Source of the DNA: Candidatus Eiseniibacteriota bacterium
Lineage (GTDB): Bacteria > Eisenbacteria > RBG-16-71-46
Assembly (NCBI GenBank): GCA_963717505.1
Contig: OY970342.1
Span: forward strand, 800,001-864,000
Length of the DNA: 64,000 nucleotides
Reading direction: 5' to 3'
Made by a program: the position numbers and the translations under genes. A model generated the notes under the pieces. The model made no database searches. It saw nothing but the letters and a program-made list of their open reading frames with translations, and had not been told where the DNA came from. This document shows positions 1 to 10,500 of the stretch, one piece after another. How positions within the stretch are numbered: position 1 is the stretch's first letter; each line of letters starts with the position of its first letter.

Positions 1-236
1 GCAGCGTCGATCTCGGCTGGAGTGACCGGCCGGTCGAGCCCAAAGCCAAAGGCACGGTTGTAGAGCAACGTCGGCACCTCGCTCGCGATCAGCGCCACAC
101 CATCGGCAACGGGCTCGGCTCGTAGTCCCATTTCCGCGGACTTCTCGGGAGAGGTGGCAGCGATCGCGTCGCGCCACACCGCCTCCTCATTGCGTTCCGC
201 CCGGCGGATCAGTTGGCGGTCGTCGATCAGTGGCAT
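1..236 (-). CDS. Probable GNAT-family acetyltransferase, 5' part (runs off the window edge)
   Basis: Manual translation from ATG at 236: MPLIDDRQLIRRAERNEEAVWRDAIAA...LLYNRAFGFGLDRPVTPAEIDA. The NRAFGxGL segment resembles N-termini of a common GNAT subfamily. Not in the ORF track. Confidence 0.55.
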   Translation of the reverse strand, partial: MPLIDDRQLIRRAERNEEAVWRDAIAATSPEKSAEMGLRAEPVADGVALIASEVPTLLYNRAFGFGLDRPVTPAEIDA

Positions 237-317
237 TCGGCCGGAGAACCAAGCCGCCTCACGGTTATGGATCGTCTGGCGAGGTAGAAGGTTGCATCTT
301 CGACGCCAGTTCGAATG

Positions 318-1739
318 TCAGTGCAGCGTGAACTTCACCGGGATCACGACCCAGACCGCGATGGGTTCTCCCGCGGTCATCGCAGGCTTGAAAGTCCATA
401 GCCAGACGGCGTCCAACGCCGCGTCGTCGAGCTTGACGATCGAGTTGACCACGAACGCGTCCTGGACACTTCCGTCCCGGCCGACCAAGGCCTGGATCAC
501 AACGGTCCCTTGGACACCATCCTTTCTCGCGACCTCCGGATACGAGGGAGCTTGCCGGTGCTTGGGCTCGGGAAGTTCTTCGACCAGGACCGAGTCGATG
601 CCGAACAGTCGTCCCTCGAGATTCGTCCCGGAGCCCTCCGGCGGTAGCGCCAGGGCTTGGAGCACGGTATCGCTGGGCAAGGCCGCGCGGACCAAATCGA
701 ACAGCGAGTCGGCGCGTTCCCCGAAGTGGACGATTCCAAACGGCTGGTCCGGGCGGAAGACTTGCGCGCAACGCCATTCGAAGTCGAGCAGCGCATAGAT
801 AGGTCCGCCCGCCTGAAGCTCGACGACGAACAGAGGCACCTCCAGCCGCTCGTCGCATGGCTTGCGCGAGGTGCGGCAGCTCCCGGTCGAATCCCAGTCG
901 GACTCCCGCATCAGCAGACGGACGAAAGAGGCGGTCCACGTTCGATCGGCCTTCTCGATGACGTAGGAGCGAAGCGTGGACTTCCGGCCGTGCGTCCGTC
1001 CGCGGTAGGCCCAGGGAGCCACGCCGGATCCGCAAACCGTGCTGACCCTCGCCTGCTCGGCGGCCGCGAGTTTCTCGAACAAGGGCGCAAAGGGCTTCAT
1101 GACGGGGGCGGGCGGCTTGAATGTCGGGGCCGCAGACAATCCCGGAGGCGCGCAAATGAGGGCCGCCGCTAATGCGCCCAAGAGCGGCGCCTGGGGCATG
1201 TGTCGCCGGATGATCGCCGCCACGGCCAGGACCACCACTGCCACCATCATGATCGCGAAGCCGAGGAACTTGACCGCGGTCACCGGTGCCACTAGTGCAC
1301 TGACGGCACCGGGTCCTGGGAACGCCGCGAGCGCCTCGATCAGCACCAGATTCTCGGCGATATCGGCCGCGGCCACCGCCAGCGGCACCAACACCGCGTA
1401 TCGACTCCAATTTCGCTCCAGACGAGAGCGCTTGACGAGCCAACCGATCAACAGCGTGAACGCCGCGCCAAACAGAACCGGATTGAGCAAGTCCCAATAC
1501 TGAAACTCCAGGTAGAGGGGTCGGCCGTGCTCTCCCAGCTCTTCCAGAAACGAGACCAGGCCGCCCTCGTAGCTCGCGCCTTCCTCGGGAAGCGGGGCCC
1601 CTGCGACCGCACTCTTGATCTCCGGGTAAGGCGCGAACCGGAACAGCAGGAGGCTGCCGGCGATCAACAGCACGAACGCGATCAGCGCTCCGCGGCCGCT
1701 CGCCCAGGACAGGAGGAACGCGACGAATCGGCTCACCAT
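318..1739 (-). CDS. Membrane protein fused to a C-terminal TonB (TonB_C) domain
   Basis: About 4 hydrophobic helices in the first 180 aa. C-terminus PSYPEVARKDGVQGTVVIQALVGRDGSVQDA...LDDAALDAVWLWTFKPA...VWVVIPVKFTL is a typical TonB_C domain. Confidence 0.8.
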   Translation of the reverse strand: MVSRFVAFLLSWASGRGALIAFVLLIAGSLLLFRFAPYPEIKSAVAGAPLPEEGASYEGGLVSFLEELGEHGRPLYLEFQYWDLLNPVLFGAAFTLLIGWLVKRSRLERNWSRYAVLVPLAVAAADIAENLVLIEALAAFPGPGAVSALVAPVTAVKFLGFAIMMVAVVVLAVAAIIRRHMPQAPLLGALAAALICAPPGLSAAPTFKPPAPVMKPFAPLFEKLAAAEQARVSTVCGSGVAPWAYRGRTHGRKSTLRSYVIEKADRTWTASFVRLLMRESDWDSTGSCRTSRKPCDERLEVPLFVVELQAGGPIYALLDFEWRCAQVFRPDQPFGIVHFGERADSLFDLVRAALPSDTVLQALALPPEGSGTNLEGRLFGIDSVLVEELPEPKHRQAPSYPEVARKDGVQGTVVIQALVGRDGSVQDAFVVNSIVKLDDAALDAVWLWTFKPAMTAGEPIAVWVVIPVKFTLH

Positions 1740-1740
1740 G

Positions 1741-4335
1741 TCATTGCGTGCTCATCCCGCCCAGGTAGATGGCGTTGAACAGCAGCTTGTAGGTGCCCAC
1801 CGTTTGCCCGCGGTGCTGGACGCGCGGCCCGAACAGCACGACCCGACCCTTGCCGAGTTGCGCGGTGACGATCGCCGCGCGCCCCGTCATGTGCTCGGTG
1901 CCGTCGGCCCAGCCGCTGGCCACGATCTGGTCCGCGTACTGGGGAAAGCGAGCGACCACGGAGCGGCCGACGCCGGCGCCCGGGATCGAGGTCGCGAACA
2001 CCGGCCCATTGCTGTACCAGGCCACCGCCTCGGAGGGCATGCCGTAGCCGACCGGGTCGGTGGGGTCGACCACCAGGTTCACCAGCGTTCCCGGGAGCGA
2101 GTAGTCGTCGCGCCTGAGACGCGACACGGTGCTGCGCACCGGCAGATTGAAGTCCATGAGCGGCAGCTCGCACGACTCCGACAGGCAGATCAGAGTTCCG
2201 CCCTGCTCGACGAAGGCCTTCAAGTTCTCGACGCCGTCCTTGCCGATCCCGCCCGCGTACTTGGGCGGCAGCGGCTCGAAGTAGGTCGGGTCGCCCTCGG
2301 TCTTCGGTTTGCCGTCGACGATCTCGCTGCGGTCCTCGCTCGGCAGGATGATGACGTCGAACTTCGATCGCAGGTTCTTCTGCTTGATCGCTGCATTGTC
2401 GAGGCTCGTGTGCTTGAAGCCGTGGCGATCGAGCACCATGCGCGTCCAACCTTCGTCCATCGACGCCGCCCACGGCTTGTACATGGCGACGCGCGGCGCC
2501 TTGAGTGCGGCCCCGGCCGGCGGCGCTTCTCCGAGTCGGAAGACCGCGACCTGGTGGGTGTCGGCCAGCGCCGCTGTCTGACCGAGGGCACTGCCGGGCA
2601 CGATGTAGTCGCCGGCGGCGAACTCGCGTCCGCCGCCAGTGAACGCGGCGCGCGCGCGCTCGACGCGTACGCCCTTCTCGAGCAGCGCATTGACGACGCG
2701 CACGGCGCGATGCTCGGCGCCACGGATCACGACCGATGCCGCGTTGCCGCCGGTCGGGTTCTGCAGCTTCTCCGGGGCTTCGAGTTTGCGCATCGGGACA
2801 TCGAACCGATCGTCGACCCGCGCCCACTCGACGCCCATCAACAACGGCAGCGTCCACGCGGTGACGTCGTAGGGACGAAAGATCTCCTTGGTGTCCGGCC
2901 CCTGCCGCACTTCGGGGTAGCGCTGGCGTTCCAGCATTTCGACCAGGAATGGCCGATAGGGCTGAGCGGCCAGGAACACGGTGCTCCCTCCGGGGAACCG
3001 GCGGCCGTCGCTCGTGACAATGTCTCCCTGCGTCACGTGCGCCTCGAGTCCGTTCTCGCGCAGCACATCGACCATGGCCGCCGACGCTCCGGGGTCGAGC
3101 TGGTTGGGCGGGATCACGTAGGCGAACGGCGCCTGCCCGGTTCCGCGCGCGACCTCGTCCTTCGCCATCCGCAGGCACGCGCGCAACAGCTCCTCGCGAT
3201 AGCGGCTGCAGGTCTCGATCAGGCTGTTCGAAGCGATCAGCTCGTAGTCGACGATGTCGCGCAGGCGCCACCAGCCGCCGGGCCAGGGATTGGGGAAGTT
3301 CATTTGCGGCTTGTAGTCGGGCAGCCCCTTGCGTCCGCCCGACAGCTCGTTCGGATCCACGTACACCGGCGTGGCGATCCGGCACGACGAGACTTCGGTC
3401 AGGAGCCCGATCACGTTCTTGAGACACGCGGTGTTCTTGGTGCCGCCCGGCCAGTAAGCGTCGTACGCGTAGGAGTCGATCACGCCGCGCTTGTCGGCTT
3501 CTTCGAGCCGGAGCGCCATGTGAGTTCCGACCAGGTCGTTCAGTCGCCACTGGAGCGGATGCACCATCGTCGTGTGCGGATCGGCGTAGGGCGGCACGAA
3601 GATGCGCGGCGTGGTCGCGCCCATCTGGTGTTCGTCGAGGAACACTTGCGGGAACCACTCGTGATGGAGCACGTGATTCACGGCTCGGGTCTCGACCAGG
3701 TTGAGCATGTACCAGTCGCGGTTGTTGTCGTGGCCAGCGTAGTGGTGGTAGAGCCACGGCAGGCGGCCACCCTCCCACTCGGTGCCGAGATACTCCCGGT
3801 AGTAGTCGACGATCATGTCCTGGCCATCGGGATTGATCGACGGCATGAGCAGCAGGATGACGTCGTCCAGCCAGGCGCGGGTTTCGGCGTCCTCGGTGGT
3901 CGCCAGTTGCCACGCCCATTCCATCGCCATCTGGCTCGACCCGATCTCGCTCGCGTGGATGTTGCAGGTCACGAGCACGATCGACTTGCCCTCGGCGATC
4001 AACTGCTCGGCCTCGGCATCGGAGAGCCCGCGCGGGTCGGCGAGCTTGCGAGCGATCTCGCGGTAGCGTGGCAGCTCCCGCATGTTCGCTTCGCTCGAGA
4101 TGACCGCCATGATCATTGGGCGGTCGAGCGTCGAGCGGCCGACTTCCTGGACCTGAACCCGCTCCGACGATTGGTCGAGCGCCTGGAAATAGCCGGTGAT
4201 CTGCTTCCAGTCGGCGAGCTTGCGGTCGGCGCCGACCGGATGGCCGAGGAACGACTCCGGGGTCGGCGGCGCGGCGAGTGCACTGGACCAGGCCAGCGCG
4301 ATGGCAATCGGGACGAACGGGCGGGGCAGGCGCAT
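1741..4335 (-). CDS. Secreted M14-family zinc carboxypeptidase with C-terminal GATase-like domain
   Basis: Signal peptide; NIHASE zinc motif, NPDG, DNNRDW, DEHQMG; C-terminal DEGWTR and FVEQGGTLI segments. Confidence 0.9.
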   Translation of the reverse strand: MRLPRPFVPIAIALAWSSALAAPPTPESFLGHPVGADRKLADWKQITGYFQALDQSSERVQVQEVGRSTLDRPMIMAVISSEANMRELPRYREIARKLADPRGLSDAEAEQLIAEGKSIVLVTCNIHASEIGSSQMAMEWAWQLATTEDAETRAWLDDVILLLMPSINPDGQDMIVDYYREYLGTEWEGGRLPWLYHHYAGHDNNRDWYMLNLVETRAVNHVLHHEWFPQVFLDEHQMGATTPRIFVPPYADPHTTMVHPLQWRLNDLVGTHMALRLEEADKRGVIDSYAYDAYWPGGTKNTACLKNVIGLLTEVSSCRIATPVYVDPNELSGGRKGLPDYKPQMNFPNPWPGGWWRLRDIVDYELIASNSLIETCSRYREELLRACLRMAKDEVARGTGQAPFAYVIPPNQLDPGASAAMVDVLRENGLEAHVTQGDIVTSDGRRFPGGSTVFLAAQPYRPFLVEMLERQRYPEVRQGPDTKEIFRPYDVTAWTLPLLMGVEWARVDDRFDVPMRKLEAPEKLQNPTGGNAASVVIRGAEHRAVRVVNALLEKGVRVERARAAFTGGGREFAAGDYIVPGSALGQTAALADTHQVAVFRLGEAPPAGAALKAPRVAMYKPWAASMDEGWTRMVLDRHGFKHTSLDNAAIKQKNLRSKFDVIILPSEDRSEIVDGKPKTEGDPTYFEPLPPKYAGGIGKDGVENLKAFVEQGGTLICLSESCELPLMDFNLPVRSTVSRLRRDDYSLPGTLVNLVVDPTDPVGYGMPSEAVAWYSNGPVFATSIPGAGVGRSVVARFPQYADQIVASGWADGTEHMTGRAAIVTAQLGKGRVVLFGPRVQHRGQTVGTYKLLFNAIYLGGMSTQ

Positions 4336-4474
4336 GCGCGTAACACCTCCGACAATCGCGGTTGGAGGGGATCAGGGAGCGGCGTATCCTAACGAAGCTA
4401 GCGTACCCGATTTCGCAGAATCGCCCTCTGGAGCCGCGCCCGCGGTAGACGCTTCAGGAGAAGCCGCCCCCCCC

Positions 4475-6949
4475 ATGGATCCGGTCGCCTGGAGGCGCAT
4501 AGAAGAGGTCTTCTTCGGAGCCCTCGAGCGTCCCGTCGAGGAACGCGAAGCGTATTTGCGCGAGGCCTGCGGCGACGATCGAGCGTTGCGCGATGAGGTT
4601 GCCGGCTTGCTCCAGGTGCACGAGGAGGAGGGCGGAACCGGGACCTCCCATCCCCTGCTCCCCGCATTCGAGCGGCCCGACGCCGTCGGATCGTTGATCG
4701 GATCCCGCCTCGGGGCCTATTCCGTGGAAGCCCTGATCGGTCACGGCGGTATGGGCGAAGTTTATCGCGCATCCCGTGCGGACGATGAGTATCACCAGCA
4801 CGTGGCGATCAAGGTGATCCGATCGGGTCGTAGCACGCCGGATTCCGCACGGCGCTTCCGAGTCGAACGCCAGATCCTGGCGACCCTTCAACATCCGAAT
4901 ATTGCCACGTTGCTCGACGGCGGCGTGACGCCGACCGGGGAGCCCTTCCTCGTCATGCAGTACGTGGATGGCGCGCCGATCACGCGGTACGCCGACGAGA
5001 AGGGTCTGTCCGTCGCGGAGCGACTGCGTCTGTTCAACGTCGTCGCAAACGCTGTGCAATTCGCGCACGCCCATCTGATCGTCCATCGCGATCTCAAGCC
5101 GTCCAACATCCTGGTCACCGCGGACGGGCAGCCGCGACTCCTGGACTTCGGCATCGCCAAGCTGCTGGAAGCCGAGCGCCCAGACTCGACGACCGAGAGT
5201 CTCGTGCTCCTGACTCCGGAGCATGCGGCGCCCGAGCAGTTCCTCGGCACACCTGTAACCACCGCGACGGACGTCTACGCCCTCGGCGTTCTGCTGTACG
5301 AACTGCTTGCCGGCATGCGGCCATTCCACAAGCTAAGTGCGCTGGAACTGGCACGCGCCGTTTGTGACACCGATCCGCCGCCCCCGAGCTCTGTGGCCCC
5401 GCCTTCGATCGCGCGTCTCCTTCGCGGAGATCTCGATCAAGTCGTACTGATGGCACTCCGCAGGGACCCGGCGCGCCGATACGCCTCCGCCGGTCAGTTT
5501 GCCGAAGACATCACGCGGCACCTGGGCGGGCAGCCGGTGATCGCCAAGGCCGACACCTTGAGCTACCGACTGCGCAAGTTCGTCGGACGCAATCGCGTGG
5601 GAGTCGCCGCGGCAGCCGTGGTGATGGCGACCCTGATGGGCGCCGTGATCGTCACCTCTCGCGAGTCCGCACGACGCGCACAAGCGCTGCGCGTCGCCCA
5701 GGCCGAACGCGCGGCCGCCACGCGAATCTCCGATTTCCTCATGGGCGTGTTCACCGCGAACGATCCGTCGGAAGCCCGCGGACGCACCGTCACCGCCCGC
5801 GAGCTGCTCGATCGCGCGGCCGTCAGCGTGAAGGGCGATCTCGCGCAGGACCCGTCGACACGCATGGACCTCGAGCTGGCCATCGGAAGGGCGTATCAAT
5901 CATTGGGGCTCAGCACGCAGGCCGCACCTCTGATCGACGAGGTCGTCGCGTACCGGCGAGCCGAGAATCCGCGGGACCTGGTCAAACTTGCGGATGCCGT
6001 CGAGTGGCAGGGTCGATGCCTGCATGCGCGGGGACAGCCTGACGACGGCGTGGCCCTCGTTCGCGAAGCGCTCACGCTTCGCGAACAGGCCCTCGGCCCG
6101 AACGACTTGACGGTGGGACGAACGCTGACCTTGCTATCGAACTATCTATTCACGACCGATATGATGGATACATCCGGAGCGGTGGATCGTTCCGCCCGAC
6201 GCGCCATTGATATCTTTCGCACCGCCACTCCGCCTGCCCATCGTGATATCGCTTTGGCGCTGCGCTCCATCGGTTGGACTCAGCTCGACCAGAACAAGCC
6301 CGTCGAGGCCCTCGCGACTTTCCGGAGTTCGGTCGAGGAAGGTCGCAAAGCAGTCAGCGAAGACGATCCAATGATGTTCAATCTCTACGAGGGTCTGGCG
6401 GTTGCCTACCAGGTGAATGGCCAGTCGGACTCCGCGATCGCCATTCAGCGACGCCTGCTCGCCGCGCGCGAGCGGGTTTACGGCCCGGACCATCCCGACT
6501 ATGCGTTCAGCTTGTACAACCTGGCGCGGACGCTGACGCGGGCGGGCCAGTTCAAGGAAGGCCTGCCCCTCTTCCAGCGCTGCATCGAGGTTCGAGAAAA
6601 GTCGCTGGGCTCCGAGCACTACCTGGTCGGCTACGCCATGCATTCGTATGCGGTGGCCACCGCACAGTCGGGGGACCTTGCCGGCAGCATCCCTCGATTC
6701 GAGCGTGCGGCAGCCATCCTCGACGCGGCCCTCGGCCCCACGCACAGCATGCTGCAGGATGCGCTCGAAGGACTCGCGATCGTGCGAACCATGACGGGAC
6801 AAGTTGGACCTGCCCTAGACGCGCTGGAAGCCGCGGTGAAGGCCGGCTACAACCGGCCGGAGCGCATGCAGCAGCAGCCGTTCACGCGGCTGGCTCGCGA
6901 ACCCCGCTTCCAGTCGCTGGTCGCCGGAATGAAGAAGTCGGGCGGATAG
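4475..6949 (+). CDS. Membrane-anchored Hanks-type Ser/Thr kinase with TPR-like repeats
   Basis: Start reassigned to ATG 4475 (MDPVAWRRIEEVF, typical N-terminus). GHGGMGEVY, VAIK, HRDLKPSN, DFG, APEQ motifs; one TM segment; YGPDHP/LGSEH TPR-like repeats. Confidence 0.92.
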   Translation: MDPVAWRRIEEVFFGALERPVEEREAYLREACGDDRALRDEVAGLLQVHEEEGGTGTSHPLLPAFERPDAVGSLIGSRLGAYSVEALIGHGGMGEVYRASRADDEYHQHVAIKVIRSGRSTPDSARRFRVERQILATLQHPNIATLLDGGVTPTGEPFLVMQYVDGAPITRYADEKGLSVAERLRLFNVVANAVQFAHAHLIVHRDLKPSNILVTADGQPRLLDFGIAKLLEAERPDSTTESLVLLTPEHAAPEQFLGTPVTTATDVYALGVLLYELLAGMRPFHKLSALELARAVCDTDPPPPSSVAPPSIARLLRGDLDQVVLMALRRDPARRYASAGQFAEDITRHLGGQPVIAKADTLSYRLRKFVGRNRVGVAAAAVVMATLMGAVIVTSRESARRAQALRVAQAERAAATRISDFLMGVFTANDPSEARGRTVTARELLDRAAVSVKGDLAQDPSTRMDLELAIGRAYQSLGLSTQAAPLIDEVVAYRRAENPRDLVKLADAVEWQGRCLHARGQPDDGVALVREALTLREQALGPNDLTVGRTLTLLSNYLFTTDMMDTSGAVDRSARRAIDIFRTATPPAHRDIALALRSIGWTQLDQNKPVEALATFRSSVEEGRKAVSEDDPMMFNLYEGLAVAYQVNGQSDSAIAIQRRLLAARERVYGPDHPDYAFSLYNLARTLTRAGQFKEGLPLFQRCIEVREKSLGSEHYLVGYAMHSYAVATAQSGDLAGSIPRFERAAAILDAALGPTHSMLQDALEGLAIVRTMTGQVGPALDALEAAVKAGYNRPERMQQQPFTRLAREPRFQSLVAGMKKSGG

Positions 6950-6950
6950 C

Positions 6951-7526
6951 ATGTCCGAGGACCTCACCGCCTGGCTCTGTCGGATTCAAGAGGGCGATCC
7001 CGCGGCATGGGACCGCGTCATGCGTTTGCTCTACGCCGAGCTGCGTCAGATCGCTCATCACCGCCTGCGCGCGGAGCGAAGCCAGCACACGCTGGGGACG
7101 ACCGCGCTCGTGCACGAGGCGTTTCTTCGGCTTGCCCGGCAGCATGGGTTGCCCGCGGAGGGCCGCACACAATTCCTGGCGGCGGCATCGAACACCATGC
7201 GGCGGGTCCTGGTGGACTATGCGAGAGCGCGGAACCGGCTCAAACGAGGAGACGGCGTTGTTCCCCTACCTTTTGACGAGGCGGAATCGTTCCTGACCGA
7301 AGCGGCAGCCGACGAGATCCTCGCGCTCGAAGACGCTCTGGAGCGACTGGCTCGGGCCGAGCCCCGCGCGGCTCGAGTCGTGGAATGTCGATTCTTCTCG
7401 GGACTGACCGTTGAAGAGATCGCGGTGCATCTCGAGCTCTCGGAGAAGACGGTCCGGCGCGACTGGATTCTCGCGCGGGCGTGGCTCCGCCGCGAGGTGT
7501 CGCGCCAGCTCGCCCTCCCCGACTGA
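6951..7526 (+). CDS. ECF sigma factor, TIGR02999/ECF43-like
   Basis: LYAELRQIA, HTLGTTALVHEAFLRL, MRRVLVDYAR, RFFSGLT, TVRRDW motifs; starts 1 nt after the kinase stop. Confidence 0.9.
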   Translation: MSEDLTAWLCRIQEGDPAAWDRVMRLLYAELRQIAHHRLRAERSQHTLGTTALVHEAFLRLARQHGLPAEGRTQFLAAASNTMRRVLVDYARARNRLKRGDGVVPLPFDEAESFLTEAAADEILALEDALERLARAEPRAARVVECRFFSGLTVEEIAVHLELSEKTVRRDWILARAWLRREVSRQLALPD

Positions 7527-7540
7527 TCAAAGACTCCGCG

Positions 7541-10500
7541 TCATCGGATCTGCACGACTCGTGTCGTCCGAGCCGCGGAACGCCCGCCTTCGGTCACAAC
7601 GGCGCGGACGAAGAACACGCCGGCCCCACCCAGATCGCGCGACAACTCGAAACGATGGCTCCCCGCACCCAGCGCACCGTCGTGGATCTGGCTCACCTGA
7701 CGACCGTGGACGTCATAAACCCGCAACGCAACCGACGCGGCAGAAGGCAGCGCCAACACCACGCTGGGGTGGGCTCCCGGAGAACCGATCGGTGCGAGCT
7801 GTAGCGACTCCACGCCCGTCGCGACCGGTCGGTCGTCGCCGATGCCAACGGTGGACTGAAGGATCACGACCCACACACCGTCAGCCGCATAGTGGACTTC
7901 GAGCTCACCCGCCAATGGAGCGCCATCGAGCGTGACTTGATAGAAGGTTCCCGTCAGCCCGGAGCATTCGAGGATTCTGAAGCTGTCCCCGGCGGCCGCC
8001 GCGAAAGTGGGCAGGCGGCGCAGGTCGAGCTCGCCGTACACCGCGGCAGGACCATCGACCGCGAGCGTGTCGCCCTCGCCCGCAGCATGATTGCCCAGCT
8101 CGATTTCGAGGCTCGCGGCCCCCGTCAGAGTGAATTCACCGTTCACCTGCAACCGCCCGGTCGGGTTGCCCGGAGCGATCGCACTGTAGATCTTGAGCGA
8201 TGCGCCGACCGTGCCCGTACCCTGGACTCTCCCGACCGACTCCGGCACGAGGAGTTCCCCAACGTAGATCTCGGCGCCACCACCCTCCACGTCGATCTCG
8301 CCGCCGTCCAGCACCACTTGGCCTGTGATCCCCACCGGTGCGGAATTGCGCAAGACCACACGATGCTCGCCGGTCTCGATGCGGCCGAAGAGGCCCAGTG
8401 AATTGGGCAACGAGGCATCTCCTAGAAAGAGATCACCGGTCGCACGGATCAGCGAGCCGGAATCTGCCTGCACGAACGCGTCGATCGACCCGGATCCTTC
8501 GAATCCGCCGCCGGCGAGGAACGTGAACCGGCCCCCCCCGCTCGCGCCCTGACCGGTGCCATAGAGCGTACCGGCGAACTCGAGCCCGTTGAACGTCGCG
8601 CCCGATGAAATGAGGTACCCGCGCCCCACGAGTGGCCCGTAGATGGTGCCGTCACCGACCAGGCGTTTGTTGATCTCGATCACGCCTCCGCCCGGGGGCA
8701 AATGCAGTTCGCCGGTCGCGATCTCGACGTTGCCGACCACGGCCGAGTCGGGATCAACGACGGTGACCGATTCCTCGCCAACGTTCAGCGTGCCGCGCAA
8801 TAGCACGTTGCCGCCAGGCGTGTCGCGGCCGATCTCGAGTGGACCGCCGTCGGCGACGATTGACACGGTCGTGTCGGTGGCACCGAGGATCGAAGAGTTC
8901 ACGTTGCCGGTGCCGAAAATCCGGGCGCTACTCCTGGGGAGGACGCTTCCGCCTACGACGTCTCCTCCCTCGAGGTTGAGATCCCCGCGAAGCGTGAGTG
9001 CGCCGGTCAGGTCGATGCGACCGCCGCCCACGACGTTCAGGGACGAGGGCCCCCACACGGTCCCTCCGAGGAGCGGATGGGTCAGCGCGAGGACGCCGCC
9101 GTCGCTCACGGTGGCGCTGCCGCTGCCGCCCAAGCTCAGCGTCGATCCGCCGACGTTCAAGGGTCCACTGCTGGTGAGCAGGCTGCCCGAGCCATCTACG
9201 GAGAGGATGCTGAGGAGCTTGGCGGTCAGGCCGATGTTCACCCCGTCGAACGTCGCGAGCCCGCCGGACTCCACGATCAGGGAGCCGGTTCCTCCGTCAC
9301 CGACCACGGCGGCGCCATCGGACGTGACCTGCCCGCCGGCGACGACGTGCAGGTGTCCGCTCCCGCTGGGCTGCTGGCCCAGAACGACGTCTCCGCCAAC
9401 GGCGGTCACGTGTGAACCGCCCCCGACTTTGAGCTCGACGGATTTCGTCGTCCCCACGACCACGGGCGGATCCACCGACGTGCCCGTGAACGAGCCGGCG
9501 GCGGCGTTCAACAGTTCGAGCACCGGCCGCTCGTACACGGATGCCGATCCACCGGGCACCGTGAGCCGTCCGGTCTGGGTGGTGAGCGTGCCGCCGTTGA
9601 TCTGGAGCAACCCGCCCTGCAAGTCCATCGCGCCGCCGCCCGGCTGCTGGAGAATCAGGTGCTTGGTCATGAATCGTGCGTGCGGGCGAAGGGTGATCAG
9701 GGCGGAGCTGCCGTCCGCGTCGCCGACCACGGTGGAGTCGTTGACCACCAGCACGCCGAGCGAGTCCACCAGGATGGTCCCGGCGCCGCCGGCCTGCCCG
9801 GCGACCGTTGAAGGGTTCGCGCACAGCCGCAGGTCGTCGGTGACGCGTACCTCGGAGCTGTCGATTGTGTTCTCGCCGCCGATCGTGATGTCCCCTATGT
9901 CACCCGACTCCTCGGCCACCCGAAGGTCGCGCCCCACGCGGAACCAGCCACCTTCGGTGACCTCAAGAATCCCGTGCGCACCATTTCTTCCCATGCGGCA
10001 GTCGCCGGTCGGGCTGTCCGCGAAGAAGCGAGAGCGGCGCAGCCCGCTCCCAGTGCTGCCCAACCCCTTCACCCGTAGCGTGCCGAGGCTGCCGGCGTGC
10101 CGCCCGATGTGGATATCGTCGGCAAGCTCGAGGGCGCCACCGGCGAGAACCACCACCTCTCCCGTACCGGTCGCAGTCGAGCTGCCGCCGATGTTCATCT
10201 CGGGTGTGGTGCCGGAACCGTTCTGGAAGAGATTCGCGGTGCCGCCGCTCACCCTCAGCGTGCCGTTGGTGTTCGGGCCGCTACCGACGTTCGCGCTCGT
10301 GCCCATGCGCAGTGTGCCCGCCGTGAGGCGCGCCGTCGCTACTTGGTTGACCCCCGGCGCGATCGCGAAGCTCGACGCGATGCCGTGCGGAGTATTGAGA
10401 TTCAGAGTGACGTCGCCGCCATAGAACCCGTGTGCACTCACCGAATCCACTAGAGCCCCGAAGGTGACGGTGTAAGTCCCCGCGATGTTGAACTGGAGCA

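Noticed and set aside
1738-4392. 884-aa plus-strand ORF (and a 728-aa alternate-frame ORF) overlapping the M14 peptidase
   Set aside because: Shadow ORFs caused by high-GC codon bias; no recognisable motifs.
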